A program made the position numbers and the translations under genes. This document shows, one piece after another, positions 9,720 to 22,600 of a DNA stretch of 64,000 bases (within the stretch, counting starts at the first letter, position 1; every line of letters starts with the position of its first letter). Origin of the DNA: an uncultured Gammaproteobacteria bacterium (GTDB lineage Bacteria; Pseudomonadota; Gammaproteobacteria; UBA9214); contig CAWHCQ010000017.1 of assembly GCA_963827755.1 (NCBI GenBank), positions 46,071 through 110,070 on the forward strand, written 5' to 3'. The notes beneath the pieces are model-generated. The model ran no database searches. It was given only the letters and a program-made list of their open reading frames with translations, and was not told the origin of the DNA.

Positions 9720-10071
9720 GCGTGTCTGCCTGGAGCCGGTCAAGCTTGCCTCTGCAACCCCTGTTTTTACTGGTTAAAGTTATTAAACGCCGCATTTTTG
9801 CCCTGTTTTGGACCACGGATTTCAGGCTCATGCATGATAGCACCGCAGGCTCGCAAACCGTGTCAAGCATTCGCCGCCAGGCGCTTGGACCGGCGTTCAG
9901 GGCGTGGTCCGAAAGGCTGCCAAATAACGGATCAATAAACTGGAGATGAAATCATGATCAGTCGTGGGAGCGCAGCAGGTTTTTCGACGAGGTGAGAGCC
10001 AGTGAGTGACCCTGTGATCATGCCCCGGGCCAGCGCCTTTTCAAGCGTTCGGACGCTGCCCCGCCCGCGGT

Positions 10072-11452
10072 TTAAAGCGCCTTGATGGCGTGGATCAGTT
10101 CACCTGCCATCGCCTGGCCGTCGCCGTAGAGCATGCGGGTGTTATCGGCGAAGAACAGGGCGTTTTCGACGCCCGAGAAGCCCTTGCCCTGGCCGCGCTT
10201 GATGACGATGACATTGTCCGCGTAGTCGGCATTGAGGATCGGCATGCCGTAGATCGGGCTCTCGGGGTTGCTGCGGGCCGAGGGATTGACCACGTCGTTG
10301 GCGCCGATCACCAGTGCCACATCGGCCTGGGCAAATTCGGCATTGATCTCGTCGAGGTCGTAGAGACGGTCATACGGCACGTCCGCTTCCGCCAGCAGCA
10401 CGTTCATGTGCCCCGGCATGCGCCCGGCCACCGGGTGGATGGCAAATTTCACATCGACGCCGCGCGAGAGCAACTGTTCCATGAGTTCCTTGATCTTGTG
10501 CTGCGCCTGGGCGACGGCCATGCCGTAGCCGGGAATGATGATGACCTTCTTGGCGTAGGCCATCATGATGCCGGCATCCGCGGCTTCAATCGGCTTCATG
10601 CTGCCTTCCACCGCTTCTTCCCGCACCATCGCCGCCGGCGCCGAAGGAGCTGAACAATACGTTGCCGATCGAGCGGTTCATGGCGCGGGCCATCAACTGG
10701 GTCAGCAGGGTGCCGGCGGAACCCACCACCGTGCCGGCAATGATCATGGCGGCATTGCCGAGCACGAAGCCCTCGAAGGCCACGGCCAGCCCGGTCAGGG
10801 CGTTGAACAGGGAGATGACCACCGGCATGTCGGCGCCGCCGATCGGCAGGGCCATGAAGATGCCGTAGGCCAGGGCCAGCACGAAAAAGGCAAGGATGAC
10901 CGTGCCGGAAAAATCAGCGCCGAAGAGCAGTATCCCGCCAAGGGCGACGGCGCCGACAAATACGCCGATGTTGAAGATTTGCTGGCCCGGAAAGCGTACT
11001 GGTCGGTTCATCCAGCCCTGCAGCTTGGCAAAGGCAATCAGCGATCCCGAGAAGGAGATCGAGCCGATCAGGCCGCCGAGTATTGCCAGGGTCAGGAAGG
11101 TGGTGGAGTGAAACTCGCCGCCCAGCAGTTCCATTGCGGCAATGGTGCCGGCGGCGCCACCACCCATGCCGTTATAGAGTGCAATCATTTGCGGCATGTC
11201 GGTCATGGCGACCTTCTTGCCGGACCAGAAGGCCAGTCCGCCGCCGATGGCGATGGCGACGGTCATCAGCAGGTAGTTCTCCATGCCCGGGTAGAAGAAG
11301 GTGATCAGCGTGGCGACCAGCATGCCGACACCGGCCCAGACGATGCCGCCGCGCGCCGTGACCGGCGAACTCATGCGCCGCAGGCCGACGATAAACAGGA
11401 TGGCCGCGATGAAGTAACTGATTTCGATAATGTTATCGATAATGTTCTCCAT
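10072..11452 (-). CDS. pntB: NAD(P) transhydrogenase subunit beta (apparent frameshift ~10621)
   Basis: ORF 10586..11452 (membrane domain, IGGADMPVVIS) plus ORF 10072..10629 (GYGMAVAQAQH, HPVAGRMPGHMNVLL). Confidence 0.92.
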
Positions 11453-11742
11453 CAGTTTTTCCCCTTGCTGCTCTTGAACATCTCGAGCATGCGCTCCGTG
11501 ACCACGTAGCCACCCACGGCGTTGCCGGCGGCGAGCATGACCCCGACGAAACCGATGACCAGTTCAAGCGTGCCGTGGGCATGCCCCATCGCGACCATGG
11601 AACCGACCAGCACGATGCCGTGGATGAAGTTCGAACCGGACATCAGCGGGGTATGCAGGATGACCGGTACGCGGCCAATCACCTCGTAGCCGGTGAAAGC
11701 GGCCAGCATGAAGATATAAAGTGCGGTGATGCCTTCGATCAT
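11452..11742 (-). CDS. pntA: NAD(P) transhydrogenase subunit alpha part 2
   Basis: LHTPLMSGSNFIHG, GGYVVTERMLEMF. Confidence 0.92.
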   Translation of the reverse strand: MIEGITALYIFMLAAFTGYEVIGRVPVILHTPLMSGSNFIHGIVLVGSMVAMGHAHGTLELVIGFVGVMLAAGNAVGGYVVTERMLEMFKSSKGKN

Positions 11743-12870
11743 GAGGCCTCCTCCAGCCGTTTCCGGGTCTGTTCATGGCGGATTTCGCCGCCGTGGGTGA
11801 CAACACTGGCCGAGAAGATCTCGTCATCCCAGTCCGGTTCGAGCCTTGCCTTCCTTGATCAGCAGATCCAGGAAGTTGGACAGGTTTTTTGCATACATTT
11901 CACTGGCATGCACCGCCAGCAGGGCCGGTACATTCAGCGGGCCGTCGATGATTACACGGTTATGGGTAATGCATTCACCGGGTTTTGTCAGTTCGCAATT
12001 GCCGCCACTTTCCGCGGCCAGGTCAATAATGACGGCACCCGCCTTCATGGCATCGACCATGGCCGCGTCGATGATGCGCGGCGCCGGCCTGCCCGGCACG
12101 GCAGCCGTGGAAATGACGACATCGGCCGCGGCAACATGTTTGGCGAGTACGGCGACCTGCTGCTGTTTTTCCTCGTCCGTGAGTTCGCGGGCATAGCCGC
12201 CGCTGCCCTCGGCCTTGACATCGATCTCGACGAACTTTGCGCCTAATGACTCCACCTGTTCACGGGTTTCGGGGCGGACATCGTAGGCCTCGACAATGGC
12301 GCCGAGGCGTCTTGCCGTGGCGATCGCCTGCAGGCCGGCAACGCCGACACCGATTATCAGTACCTTCGACGGGCGGATGGTGCCTGCGGCGGTGGTCAAC
12401 ATGGGGAAGAAACGCGCACTGCGGCTGGCGGCCATCAGAGCCGCCTTGTAACCGGCAATCGACGCCTGCGACGACAGCGCATCCATGTTTTGTGCGCGGG
12501 AGATGCGCGGAATCAGCTCCATGGCGAAACTGGTGATGTTGCGCTCGCGCAGCAGGGCGATGCGCTCCGTTGATTCGTGTGGCAGCAGGAAGCCGAGGAC
12601 GATGCTGCCTTCGCGCAGCAGGGCGATATCCTCGTTTGCCAGCGGCTGGACACTGAGGACAATGTCGGCCTTGCCTAACAGCTCAGCCCGGTCTGCAATG
12701 ATTTTGGCCGAGGCATAGTCTGTGTCCTGAAAGAAGGCACCCTCACCGGCGCCGGCCTCCAGCAGGACCTCGATACCGGGTGCAGCGAGTCGCTCGACGA
12801 TCTGGGGGACCAGCGCAACCCGGTGTTCACCGGGTCGGGTTTCTCTGGGCACGGCAACGCATATCGGCAT
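11739..12870 (-). CDS. pntA: NAD(P) transhydrogenase subunit alpha part 1 (apparent frameshift ~11844)
   Basis: RISRAQNMDALSS, GVGVAGLQAI, DLAAESGGNC; tail LEPDWDDEI...THGGEI continues in another frame to TGA 11739. Confidence 0.92.
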
Positions 12871-13265
12871 AAGGACCTCCGGATGCGACTTGTCGTGCTG
12901 TTAGCCCGGGGCAAGTAACATGAATAAGTTGATTTTTAACAGGTAAACGGGGTGTTGGCGCGCGTGCTTACCCGTCCAGCAAGGCGCGATGTTAGCAGGC
13001 ATTAATAGAGGAATACAATACATCTGAAGATTAATTCAAACGGCTTGTGCGCATGCCGGCAGTGCCCGATACCGATGGTTGGTATCGATCGGGGAATCAT
13101 GCTGTATTGGCGTGGTTGAGCGCTGGCAGAGGCGGGCAGCGGCCCCTTCTGGTGTGTGTTTTCCGGGCGTGATAATCTATGAAGCATTGCAGTAGTGCTG
13201 TTGTAGTGTTGCATTTAGCGGGTTACCGGTCATTCCAGTGAGCCGGCGAACCCACGAGAGTGGCA

Positions 13266-13886
13266 ATGATGGATTTGAATCACCAGGTATTGAGAACGGA
13301 CATTTCAGGGATGCCGCTCGAATGGGTGGGCTACCAGGATGCAGTGCGTCTCTATCACCTCGAGCAGGTGGCCTATAGCTGCGGCAGCCTGCTTTACCGG
13401 GTGCACGGAGGTATCTGCGCCCTGACGGGCCGGCAGAGCATCATCGAAGTCAATTCCATTATCGCTACCCACGGGCACAATCATGCGCTGACCAAACTGG
13501 GTGAGCGTTACGTTCCCCCCCTTAACAACCCGGCACTGTTCAGGCGCGATTCGCGTGTCTGTCTTTACTGCGGTGTTGCTTTTCCCACGCGCGACTTGTC
13601 GCGTGACCATGTCACGCCGATTTCCCGGGGCGGGCTGGATGTCTGGGGCAATGTGGTGACAGCCTGCCGGCGTTGTAACAATCACAAGGCCGGGCACACC
13701 CCGGAGCAAGCCGGGATGCAACTGCTGGCTGTGCCGTTCGTGCCGACCCATGCCGAGTACATTTATCTGCAGGGCCGCCGTGTGCTGGCAGACCAGATGG
13801 AATTCCTGCGCGCACATTTCCCGCGCAGCAGCCCGCTGCGCCGGCGTCTCGCGCGCACTGCCGGAAAGAGTGCACCCGGTCAGTAA
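13266..13886 (+). CDS. HNH endonuclease
   Basis: LFRRD..CLYCG...SRDHV.P.SRGG..W.NVVTAC..CN..K. Confidence 0.9.
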   Translation: MMDLNHQVLRTDISGMPLEWVGYQDAVRLYHLEQVAYSCGSLLYRVHGGICALTGRQSIIEVNSIIATHGHNHALTKLGERYVPPLNNPALFRRDSRVCLYCGVAFPTRDLSRDHVTPISRGGLDVWGNVVTACRRCNNHKAGHTPEQAGMQLLAVPFVPTHAEYIYLQGRRVLADQMEFLRAHFPRSSPLRRRLARTAGKSAPGQ

Positions 13887-13891
13887 ATCAA

Positions 13892-14788
13892 GTGGCCGAC
13901 AACAAGCGCTGCGTCTATTTGATCGACGCCAGTATCTATATATTCCGCGCGTACTATTCGGTTCCGGATACCCTCACCAATAATGACGGACAGCTGATCA
14001 ATGCGCTGCACGGTTTTGCCGGGTTTCTTGCCGAGTTCCTGGAAAAGGCAAGGCCGGAGCATGTTGCGGTGGCCTTTGACGAGAGCCTGACGACATCTTT
14101 CCGCAATGAAATCTATTCAGGCTACAAGGCCAACCGGGAGTCACCGCCCGAAGAACTCAGCCTGCAGTTCGGCTTTTGCCGCTCGCTGGTACAGACGCTG
14201 GGGCTGGCGGATTATTCCAGTGAGCACTACGAGGCCGATGACCTGATCGGAACGCTGGCACAGCGCCTGCGTGAACAGGGATTCTCGGTCGTGATACTGA
14301 GCGCCGACAAGGACCTGGCGCAGTTGCTTGAAGAAGGCGATATATTATGGGACTTTGCGCGCAACCGTAAACACGGCTATGCAGGCGTGCACGACTGGCT
14401 CGGCGTGCATGCCGGCCAGGTAGCCGACTGGCTGGCGCTGGCGGGTGACAGCGTCGACAACATACCGGGTGTCCCCGGCATCGGCGCAAAGACGGCAGCA
14501 GCACTGCTGGCGCAGTTCAGTTCGCTGCAGGAGATATACGAGCGCATCGACGCGGTTGCCGATCTCGAAATACGCGGCGCCGCGCGGGTGCAGCGCCTGC
14601 TGCTGGAGCATAAAGAGGCCGCCCTGCTGGCGCGCCGCCTGACCGGCATCGTGACGGATGCTGATATACAGGGCGATGCGCAGCATGTGTTGCGCCGCAG
14701 CGTCCGTGCCGATGAGCTTGCAAGCGTCTGCGACCGGCTGGGACTCGGCCGAATGACGCAAGCGCGCCTGTTGCGGTTGTCGGGCTAG
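13892..14788 (+). CDS. Stand-alone 5'-3' exonuclease / flap endonuclease (PolI N-domain-like)
   Basis: YLIDAS.YIFRAY, YKANR, EADDLIG, SADKDL, GDSVDNIPGVPGIGAKTA (H3TH). Confidence 0.9.
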   Translation: MADNKRCVYLIDASIYIFRAYYSVPDTLTNNDGQLINALHGFAGFLAEFLEKARPEHVAVAFDESLTTSFRNEIYSGYKANRESPPEELSLQFGFCRSLVQTLGLADYSSEHYEADDLIGTLAQRLREQGFSVVILSADKDLAQLLEEGDILWDFARNRKHGYAGVHDWLGVHAGQVADWLALAGDSVDNIPGVPGIGAKTAAALLAQFSSLQEIYERIDAVADLEIRGAARVQRLLLEHKEAALLARRLTGIVTDADIQGDAQHVLRRSVRADELASVCDRLGLGRMTQARLLRLSG

Positions 14789-14821
14789 GGCGATGTCGTG
14801 TCCTTTGTGGAAAATCAGAAT

Positions 14822-15734
14822 ATGACAATCTGGAAAACCATCCAGGCCGATATAGAAAACACGACCGGCGCAAGGGCCTCGCTGGATCAGCAGGGTTCGG
14901 TCGGTGGCGGCTGCATCAACCGGGCCGTGCGGGTGCGCTACGGCGATACGGGCTATTTCGTCAAGCTCAACAGCGCGAGCAGGCTGGAGATGTTCGCGGC
15001 CGAGGCCGAGGGTCTGCTGGAACTGGCGCGCAGCAAAACCCTGCGGGTGCCCGTGCCAGTCTGCCGGGGTGATGACGGCGATACGGCCTACCTGGTGATG
15101 GAAGACCTGCAACTGGGCGGGCAGGGTGATCCTGCAGCACTGGCCGACGGACTGGCGAACCTGCACCGGGTGACGCGTGACCGCTTTGGCTGGTCCAGGA
15201 ACAACACCATTGGTGCGACACTGCAGGTCAATACCGAGACGGATGACTGGGTTGATTTCTGGCGGCAGCAGCGCCTGCAGTTTCAGCTCGAACTGGCGGC
15301 CGGCCACGGGCATGGCGGTCGCCTGCAGTCACAGGGGGAGCGCCTGCTGGATGTCTTGCCGCAGTTGTTTTCAGCTTATTCCCCGCAGGCCTCGCTGTTG
15401 CACGGTGACCTGTGGGGCGGGAACTATGCCTATAGCCGGGACGGCGAGCCGGTGATCTTTGATCCCGCCGTGTACTACGGCGACCGCGAGGCGGACCTCG
15501 CCATGACGGAACTGTTCGGCGGGTTCAGTGGTGAATTCTATTCGGCCTATCGAAGACCAGCTGCCGCTGGATGACGGCTACCCGGTGCGCAAGACGCTCT
15601 ATAATCTGTACCACGTATTGAATCACCTGAATATGTTCGGCGGTGGTTACCTTTCACAGGCGCAGGGTATGCTTGATTCATTGCTGAGTGAGCTGAACTG
15701 GATAACTTCTGATGGCACCGGTCAGGACTGCTAG
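14822..15734 (+). CDS. Fructosamine kinase family protein (apparent frameshift ~15553)
   Basis: GGGCIN, YFVKLN, LLHGDLWGGN, FDPAVYYGDREADLAM; tail LYNLYHVLNHLNMFGGGY in ORF 15528..15734. Confidence 0.88.
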
Positions 15735-15735
15735 A

Positions 15736-16296
15736 ATGAATCACATGGGTTTGCGATTTATATTCCCGCTGCTGGTCGCGCTGTCGTTACTGGCAGGCTG
15801 CAGGGCCGGCCTGCAGGTGGAGGCCGGGCAGTCATTGTTTCACGCATTGCCCGGCAGTGAATTTATTCTGCGCGCGGATATCGTTATTCCGCCCGGCCGG
15901 TTACGTGCCAGCTTTCAGGGTGGAAAATTATTAAACGGTGCCAGCGAATTCGAGCCGCGTTGTGAACTTGAACTCCGAAACTTCAGTGAAGAGCCGCAAA
16001 CTATCCCTGCAGGTACTTACAGGATTGACAGGGTCCGTGGCCTGGACCGTTACGTCAGTCGTCCGGACGAAAAGATCCTGCTGGCTGCGGCGGAGGTGCT
16101 GCAACTGGCCTCTGATGCAGGAGACTCGCAATGGTACATGCGTACCTACCATATGACCCTGCAATCGGAAATGCAGGCCGATGCGCCAGTGCTGGTTTGT
16201 GGCGGCGCCTATAATTACGCATTTGACGTCCGCTATCCCACGCTGTCGGAAATGCTTGTTGCGCTGGGTGATTACGCCGTACTCAGGCTGCGCTGA
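15736..16296 (+). CDS. Hypothetical lipoprotein
   Basis: Lipobox LLAGC after a hydrophobic signal. Confidence 0.65.
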   Translation: MNHMGLRFIFPLLVALSLLAGCRAGLQVEAGQSLFHALPGSEFILRADIVIPPGRLRASFQGGKLLNGASEFEPRCELELRNFSEEPQTIPAGTYRIDRVRGLDRYVSRPDEKILLAAAEVLQLASDAGDSQWYMRTYHMTLQSEMQADAPVLVCGGAYNYAFDVRYPTLSEMLVALGDYAVLRLR

Positions 16297-16326
16297 CCGT
16301 CTGCCCTCTGTGCAGGAGCCCGGCGC

Positions 16327-17391
16327 TCAGTCGTGGTATTGCCTGCTGAGCTGGTGAACGGCACTGATCATGGCGCCAACGTGTTCCGGATTGACGTCGG
16401 GGTTGATGCCATGGCCAAGGTTGAATACATGGCCGGTGCCGGCGCCATACTGTTTCAATACCGCGCCGACCTTTTCGTGAATAATTTCCGGCGCCGCATA
16501 CAGGGTAGCAGGGTCGAGATTGCCCTGTAACGCGACCCGGTCACCAACCCGCTTGCGCGCCATGGCCAGGTCGGTTGACCAGTCAATGCCAAGTGCATCG
16601 ACACCGGTGTCGGCCATCGCCTCCAGCCACTGGCAGCCGCCCTTGGTAAACATAATGACCGGAACCTTCACACCCTCGTGTTCACGCTTAAGGCCGTCGA
16701 CAATCTGTTGCATGTAGCGTAGCGAGAATTCGGCGTAGTCCTCGGGGGTGAGGATACCGCCCCAGGTGTCGAAGATCATCACGGTCTGCGCACCGGCGGC
16801 AATCTGTGCATTCAGGTATGCCGTCACCGACTCTGCCAGGATGTTCAGCAAACGATGCATTAACGCCGGTTCGTTGTAGAGCATGCCCTTGACGCGCGAG
16901 TAGGTCTTCGACGCACTGCCCTCGACCATGTAGGTCGACAGCGTCCAGGGACTGCCCGAAAAACCGATCAGCGGAACGCGGTTGTTAAGCTCTTTCCGGA
17001 TCAGGCGCACGGCATCCATCACGTAACGCAATTCGTTTTCCGGATCCGGGACGCCAAGCGCCTTGATGTCGGCGGCCGTGCGCACCGGCTTGTGGAACCG
17101 CGGGCCTTCGCCTTCTGCAAAATACAGCCCGAGTCCCATGGCGTCCGGAATGGTGAGGATGTCCGAGAACAGGATGGCCGCGTCCAGCGGAAAGCGCTCG
17201 ATCGGCTGCAGGGTGACTTCGCAGGCCAGTTCAGGGTTGGTGCACAGGTCCATGAAGCTGCCGGCCTGTTTGCGAATCTTGCGGTATTCCGGCAGGTAGC
17301 GGCCGGCCTGGCGCATCATCCATACGGGAGTGACGTCGACGGGCTGGCGCAGCAGCGCGCGGATGAAGCGGTCATTTTTTAGTGGTGGCAT
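16327..17391 (-). CDS. hemE: Uroporphyrinogen decarboxylase
   Basis: [26 protein letters not shown]. Confidence 0.98.
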   Translation of the reverse strand: MPPLKNDRFIRALLRQPVDVTPVWMMRQAGRYLPEYRKIRKQAGSFMDLCTNPELACEVTLQPIERFPLDAAILFSDILTIPDAMGLGLYFAEGEGPRFHKPVRTAADIKALGVPDPENELRYVMDAVRLIRKELNNRVPLIGFSGSPWTLSTYMVEGSASKTYSRVKGMLYNEPALMHRLLNILAESVTAYLNAQIAAGAQTVMIFDTWGGILTPEDYAEFSLRYMQQIVDGLKREHEGVKVPVIMFTKGGCQWLEAMADTGVDALGIDWSTDLAMARKRVGDRVALQGNLDPATLYAAPEIIHEKVGAVLKQYGAGTGHVFNLGHGINPDVNPEHVGAMISAVHQLSRQYHD

Positions 17392-17450
17392 TGGGGTATT
17401 GTAAGCGGGGATGGTGTTTTGCGTAACTAGTTTTCAGTTTTTTGGGTTTT

Positions 17451-18122
17451 GTTTCGCCCTGACCGGGCGAGGCACCTTTCTCCGCTCCGCCGATTTGGTA
17501 GAAGCGCCTTGCAGGCGCTGGTTTTATTTTATGCGGGCTCTCGCGCCCGCGCGGCGAGATACTTTTCTTTGCTCCGCCAAAGAAACGTATCCAAAAGAAA
17601 GGCGGCCCGAAGGTGCAGCCCGAATACTCATTTTCAATGAGTATTCGGGTTCCCTGCGCTTCTCGCGAAAACCGGCGCATGCGCAACTCGCAATCTCGCT
17701 GCGCTCGAAAGCTCAGACAGGGCGCATGCTTCATCCGGTTTTCACTGCGATGCTCGGCTGCGCCTACGGGAAGGTAGGTCAACTCCCACATACTCACGGA
17801 TTGGGGGTAGATTTACCCACCCGTAGCACTCACCGAGTACCGCAGCCAATCCGGGGAATAGCCGCGCACCCTGTCTGAGCTTTCGAGCGCAGCGAGATTG
17901 CGAGTTGTGCGCGGCCCCCGGATTGGCGAGGAACGCAGGGGACCGGCGTAGCCGGTGAGTGCTCCGGGTGCCTTTCTCTTTGGGTACTTTCTCTTGGGCA
18001 AGCAAGAGAAAGTACCTCGCCGAGCGGGCGCGAGAGCCCGCATCCAAAAACAACCGCGCCTGCAAGGCGCCCCAACAAACAAGCGCAGCAAAGAAAGAGC
18101 ACCTAGCCCGACAGGGCGAAAC
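17451..18122. repeat. Inverted pair of ~330-bp structured repeat elements (MITE/structured-RNA-like)
   Basis: 17451-17788 aligns with the reverse complement of 17802-18122; identical 39-nt core at 17684-17722 and 17869-17907. Confidence 0.9.
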
Positions 18123-18163
18123 CGAAACATCAAACGGCGTAAAAAAATAACAATGCCAATTGA

Positions 18164-19616
<1,453 letters not shown>

Positions 19617-19618
19617 GC

Positions 19619-22600
19619 CTAGTGACCTCCCTTTGCGGCACGTGCCGTGACCACCTGGGCCGCTTGCATCTCCTGCAGCGCACGCCGGTAATCGACCGGC
19701 ATGACCTTGATGAATTTCGGCAGCATAGCGGCCCAGTTATCAAGGATGCTGCGGCCGCGTGCGCTGTCGGTATAGTGCACATGTCTTTCGATCAGGCGGT
19801 GCAGTCGCAGGGCATCATAACGGGTCATATCGCTGCTGATGTCTACGCGGCCGTGGGTCTCCAGGTCGCCGCCCTGGTGGTCGAGTTTTTCAAGTGCGTC
19901 GTCCTCGGCCGCAATCGGCTCGAGTTCGACCATGGCAAGGTTGCAGCGTTGTTCGAAGTCGCCACGCTCGTCGAGTACATAGGCGATGCCGCCACTCATT
20001 CCGGCAGCGAAGTTCCTGCCCGACTCGCCCAGTACCACGACGATTCCGCCGGTCATGTATTCGCAGCCATGGTCGCCGACGCCTTCTACAACAGCGCAAG
20101 CGCCGGAGTTGCGTACTGCAAAGCGCTCACCGGCAACGCCCCGGAAATAACATTCACCGCTGATGGCGCCATAGAGCACCGTGTTGCCGACGATAATGTT
20201 TTCTTCGGCGATAATCGGCGTTTCCGCGGGCGGATAGACGACGATGCGGCCGCCACTGAGGCCCTTGCCGACGTAATCATTGCCTTCGCCGATCAGCGTC
20301 AGGCTAACGCCATGCGCTGCAAAGGCCCCGAAACTTTGTCCGGCGGTTCCGCGCAGCGTGATGCTGATGGTGTCTTCCGGCAATCCCGCGTGCCCATAGC
20401 GCCTGGCGACTTCGCCGGACAGCATGGTGCCCACGGTGCGGTTGGTATTCTTCACCGGCAGGTCGATTTGCACCGCTGTTTTGTTATCCAGTGCCGCGCG
20501 CGACAGTTCGATCAGTTGATTATCCAGTGCCCTGGTGAGGCCGTGGTCCTGTACGTCGGCGCGGTAAATGCCGACGCCTGCTGGCGCCGCAGGCTTGTGC
20601 AGGACGCGTGAAAAATCGAGACCCTGGGCCTTCCAGTGATTTATGGCGTGACGCATATTAAGGCACTGTGACTGGCCGATCATGTCGTCAAACCTGCGGA
20701 AACCGAGTTTCGCCATCAGCTCGCGAATCTCTTCGGCAACGAAGAAAAAGTAGTTCACCACGTGTTCCGGTTTGCCGGTAAAACGCTTGCGCAGCTCCGG
20801 GTCCTGGGTGGCGACACCGACCGGGCAGGTATTGAGGTGACACTTGCGCATCATGATGCAGCCTTCAACAATCAGCGGCGCGGTGGCAAAGCCGAATTCA
20901 TCGGCACCCAGCAGTGCGCCGATGACCACGTCGCGGCCGGTGCGCATGCCGCCATCGACCTGCACCGCGATGCGCGAACGCAGGTTGTTCATCACCAGTG
21001 TCTGGTGGGTCTCGGCAAGGCCGATTTCCCAGGGAGATCCGGCGTGCTTGATCGAGGTCAGCGGGCTGGCGCCGGTACCACCGTCATGGCCCGAGATAGT
21101 GACATGATCCGCATGTGCCTTGGAAACGCCGGCTGCAACCGTACCCACGCCGACTTCTGACACCAGCTTCACACTGATGTCTGCCTGCGGATTGACGTTT
21201 TTCAGGTCGTGGATCAGTTGTGCCAGGTCCTCGATGGAATAGATGTCGTGGTGCGGCGGCGGCGAGATCAGGCCAACGCCCGCCGTGGAGTGGCGAACCC
21301 TGGCGATAGTTGCATCGACCTTGTGACCTGGCAGCTGCCCGCCTTCACCGGGCTTGGCACCCTGTGCCATCTTGATCTGGATCATGTCGGAATTGACCAG
21401 GTACTCGGTAGTTACCCCGAAACGGCCGGATGCCACCTGCTTGATGGCGGAGCGTTTTGAATCCCCGTTTTCAAGCGGCTTGAAACGCTCGGTCTGTTCA
21501 CCGCCCTCACCGGTATTGGACTTTCCGCCAATTCGGTTCATCGCAATGGCCAGCGTCGTGTGGGCCTCGTAGGAAATGGAACCGAATGACATGGCGCCCG
21601 TCGAGAAGCGTTTGACGATTTCCTTCGCAGGCTCGACTTCATCCAGCGGTACCGGTTTTTCCGGAAAGTTGAGCTCGAACAGACCGCGCAGATTCAACAG
21701 GCGTTCATTTTGTTCATCAACCAGTTGCGAAAACTCCCGGAAGGTCTTTGCATCATTTGCGCGCGTGGCATGTTGCAATTTTGCAATGGAGTCCGGCGTC
21801 CACATGTGGTCTTCGCCACGCAGGCGGAAGGCATAATCGCCGCCGACATCAAGCTTGTTCCGGTAGATCGGGGCGTTGCCATAGGCATTCTGATGCCAGC
21901 GTACGGTTTCGCCGGCGACCTCCGCGAGCCCGATACCTTCGATGGTGGTTGCGGTGCCGGTGAAGTAGGCATCGACAAATTCAGTGCTCAGGCCGACGGC
22001 ATCAAAGATCTGGGCCCCGCAATAGGACTGGTAGGTCGAGATGCCCATTTTCGACATGACCTTGAGCAGACCCTTGCCGATGGCCTTGATATAGCGTTTA
22101 CAGATCTCGTGTTCGTCGAGTTTTTCTACCAGCTGTTCACGAATGGAGATGAGTGATTCAAAGGCCAGGTACGGGTTGATTGCCTCGGCGCCATAGCCGG
22201 CAAGCGTCGCAAACTGGTGAACTTCGCGGGCGGTGCCGGTCTCGATGACCAGCCCGGACTCGGTGCGCAGGCCGGCCTGCACCAGGTGCTGGTGGACGCT
22301 GGAGGTGGCGAGCAGGGCCGGGATTGCGATGCGATCGATGTTGGCGCCGCGATCCGACAGGATGAGGATATTAAAGCCTTCCTGCACCGCGTCTGTTGCC
22401 TGCTGGCAGACAGAGGTGAGTGCGCCCTGCATGCCGTCCGCGCCTTCTGCGGCGTCATAGCAGATATCGATGGTATGCGTGCGAAATGCACCATCGGTGT
22501 GGTCCTGGATGTGCCGGATGCGTTCGATATCGGTGTTGGTCAGGATTGGCTGGCTGACTTCAAGACGCATGTGTCCGCCGGTTGATTCGAGTTCCAGCAG

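Noticed and set aside
9880-10000. Small hairpin and GGAG-preceded 13-codon ORF (MISRGSAAGFSTR) in the priA-pntB spacer
   Set aside because: Too short and unspecific to support without conservation data
10072-12870. Three-gene transhydrogenase as a novelty
   Set aside because: Split alpha subunits (alpha1/alpha2/beta) are well known, e.g. in Rhodospirillum rubrum
13266-13886. HNH gene as homing endonuclease, IscB-like or defence nuclease
   Set aside because: No intron, RuvC motifs, methylase or element ends; looks like the common stand-alone chromosomal HNH type
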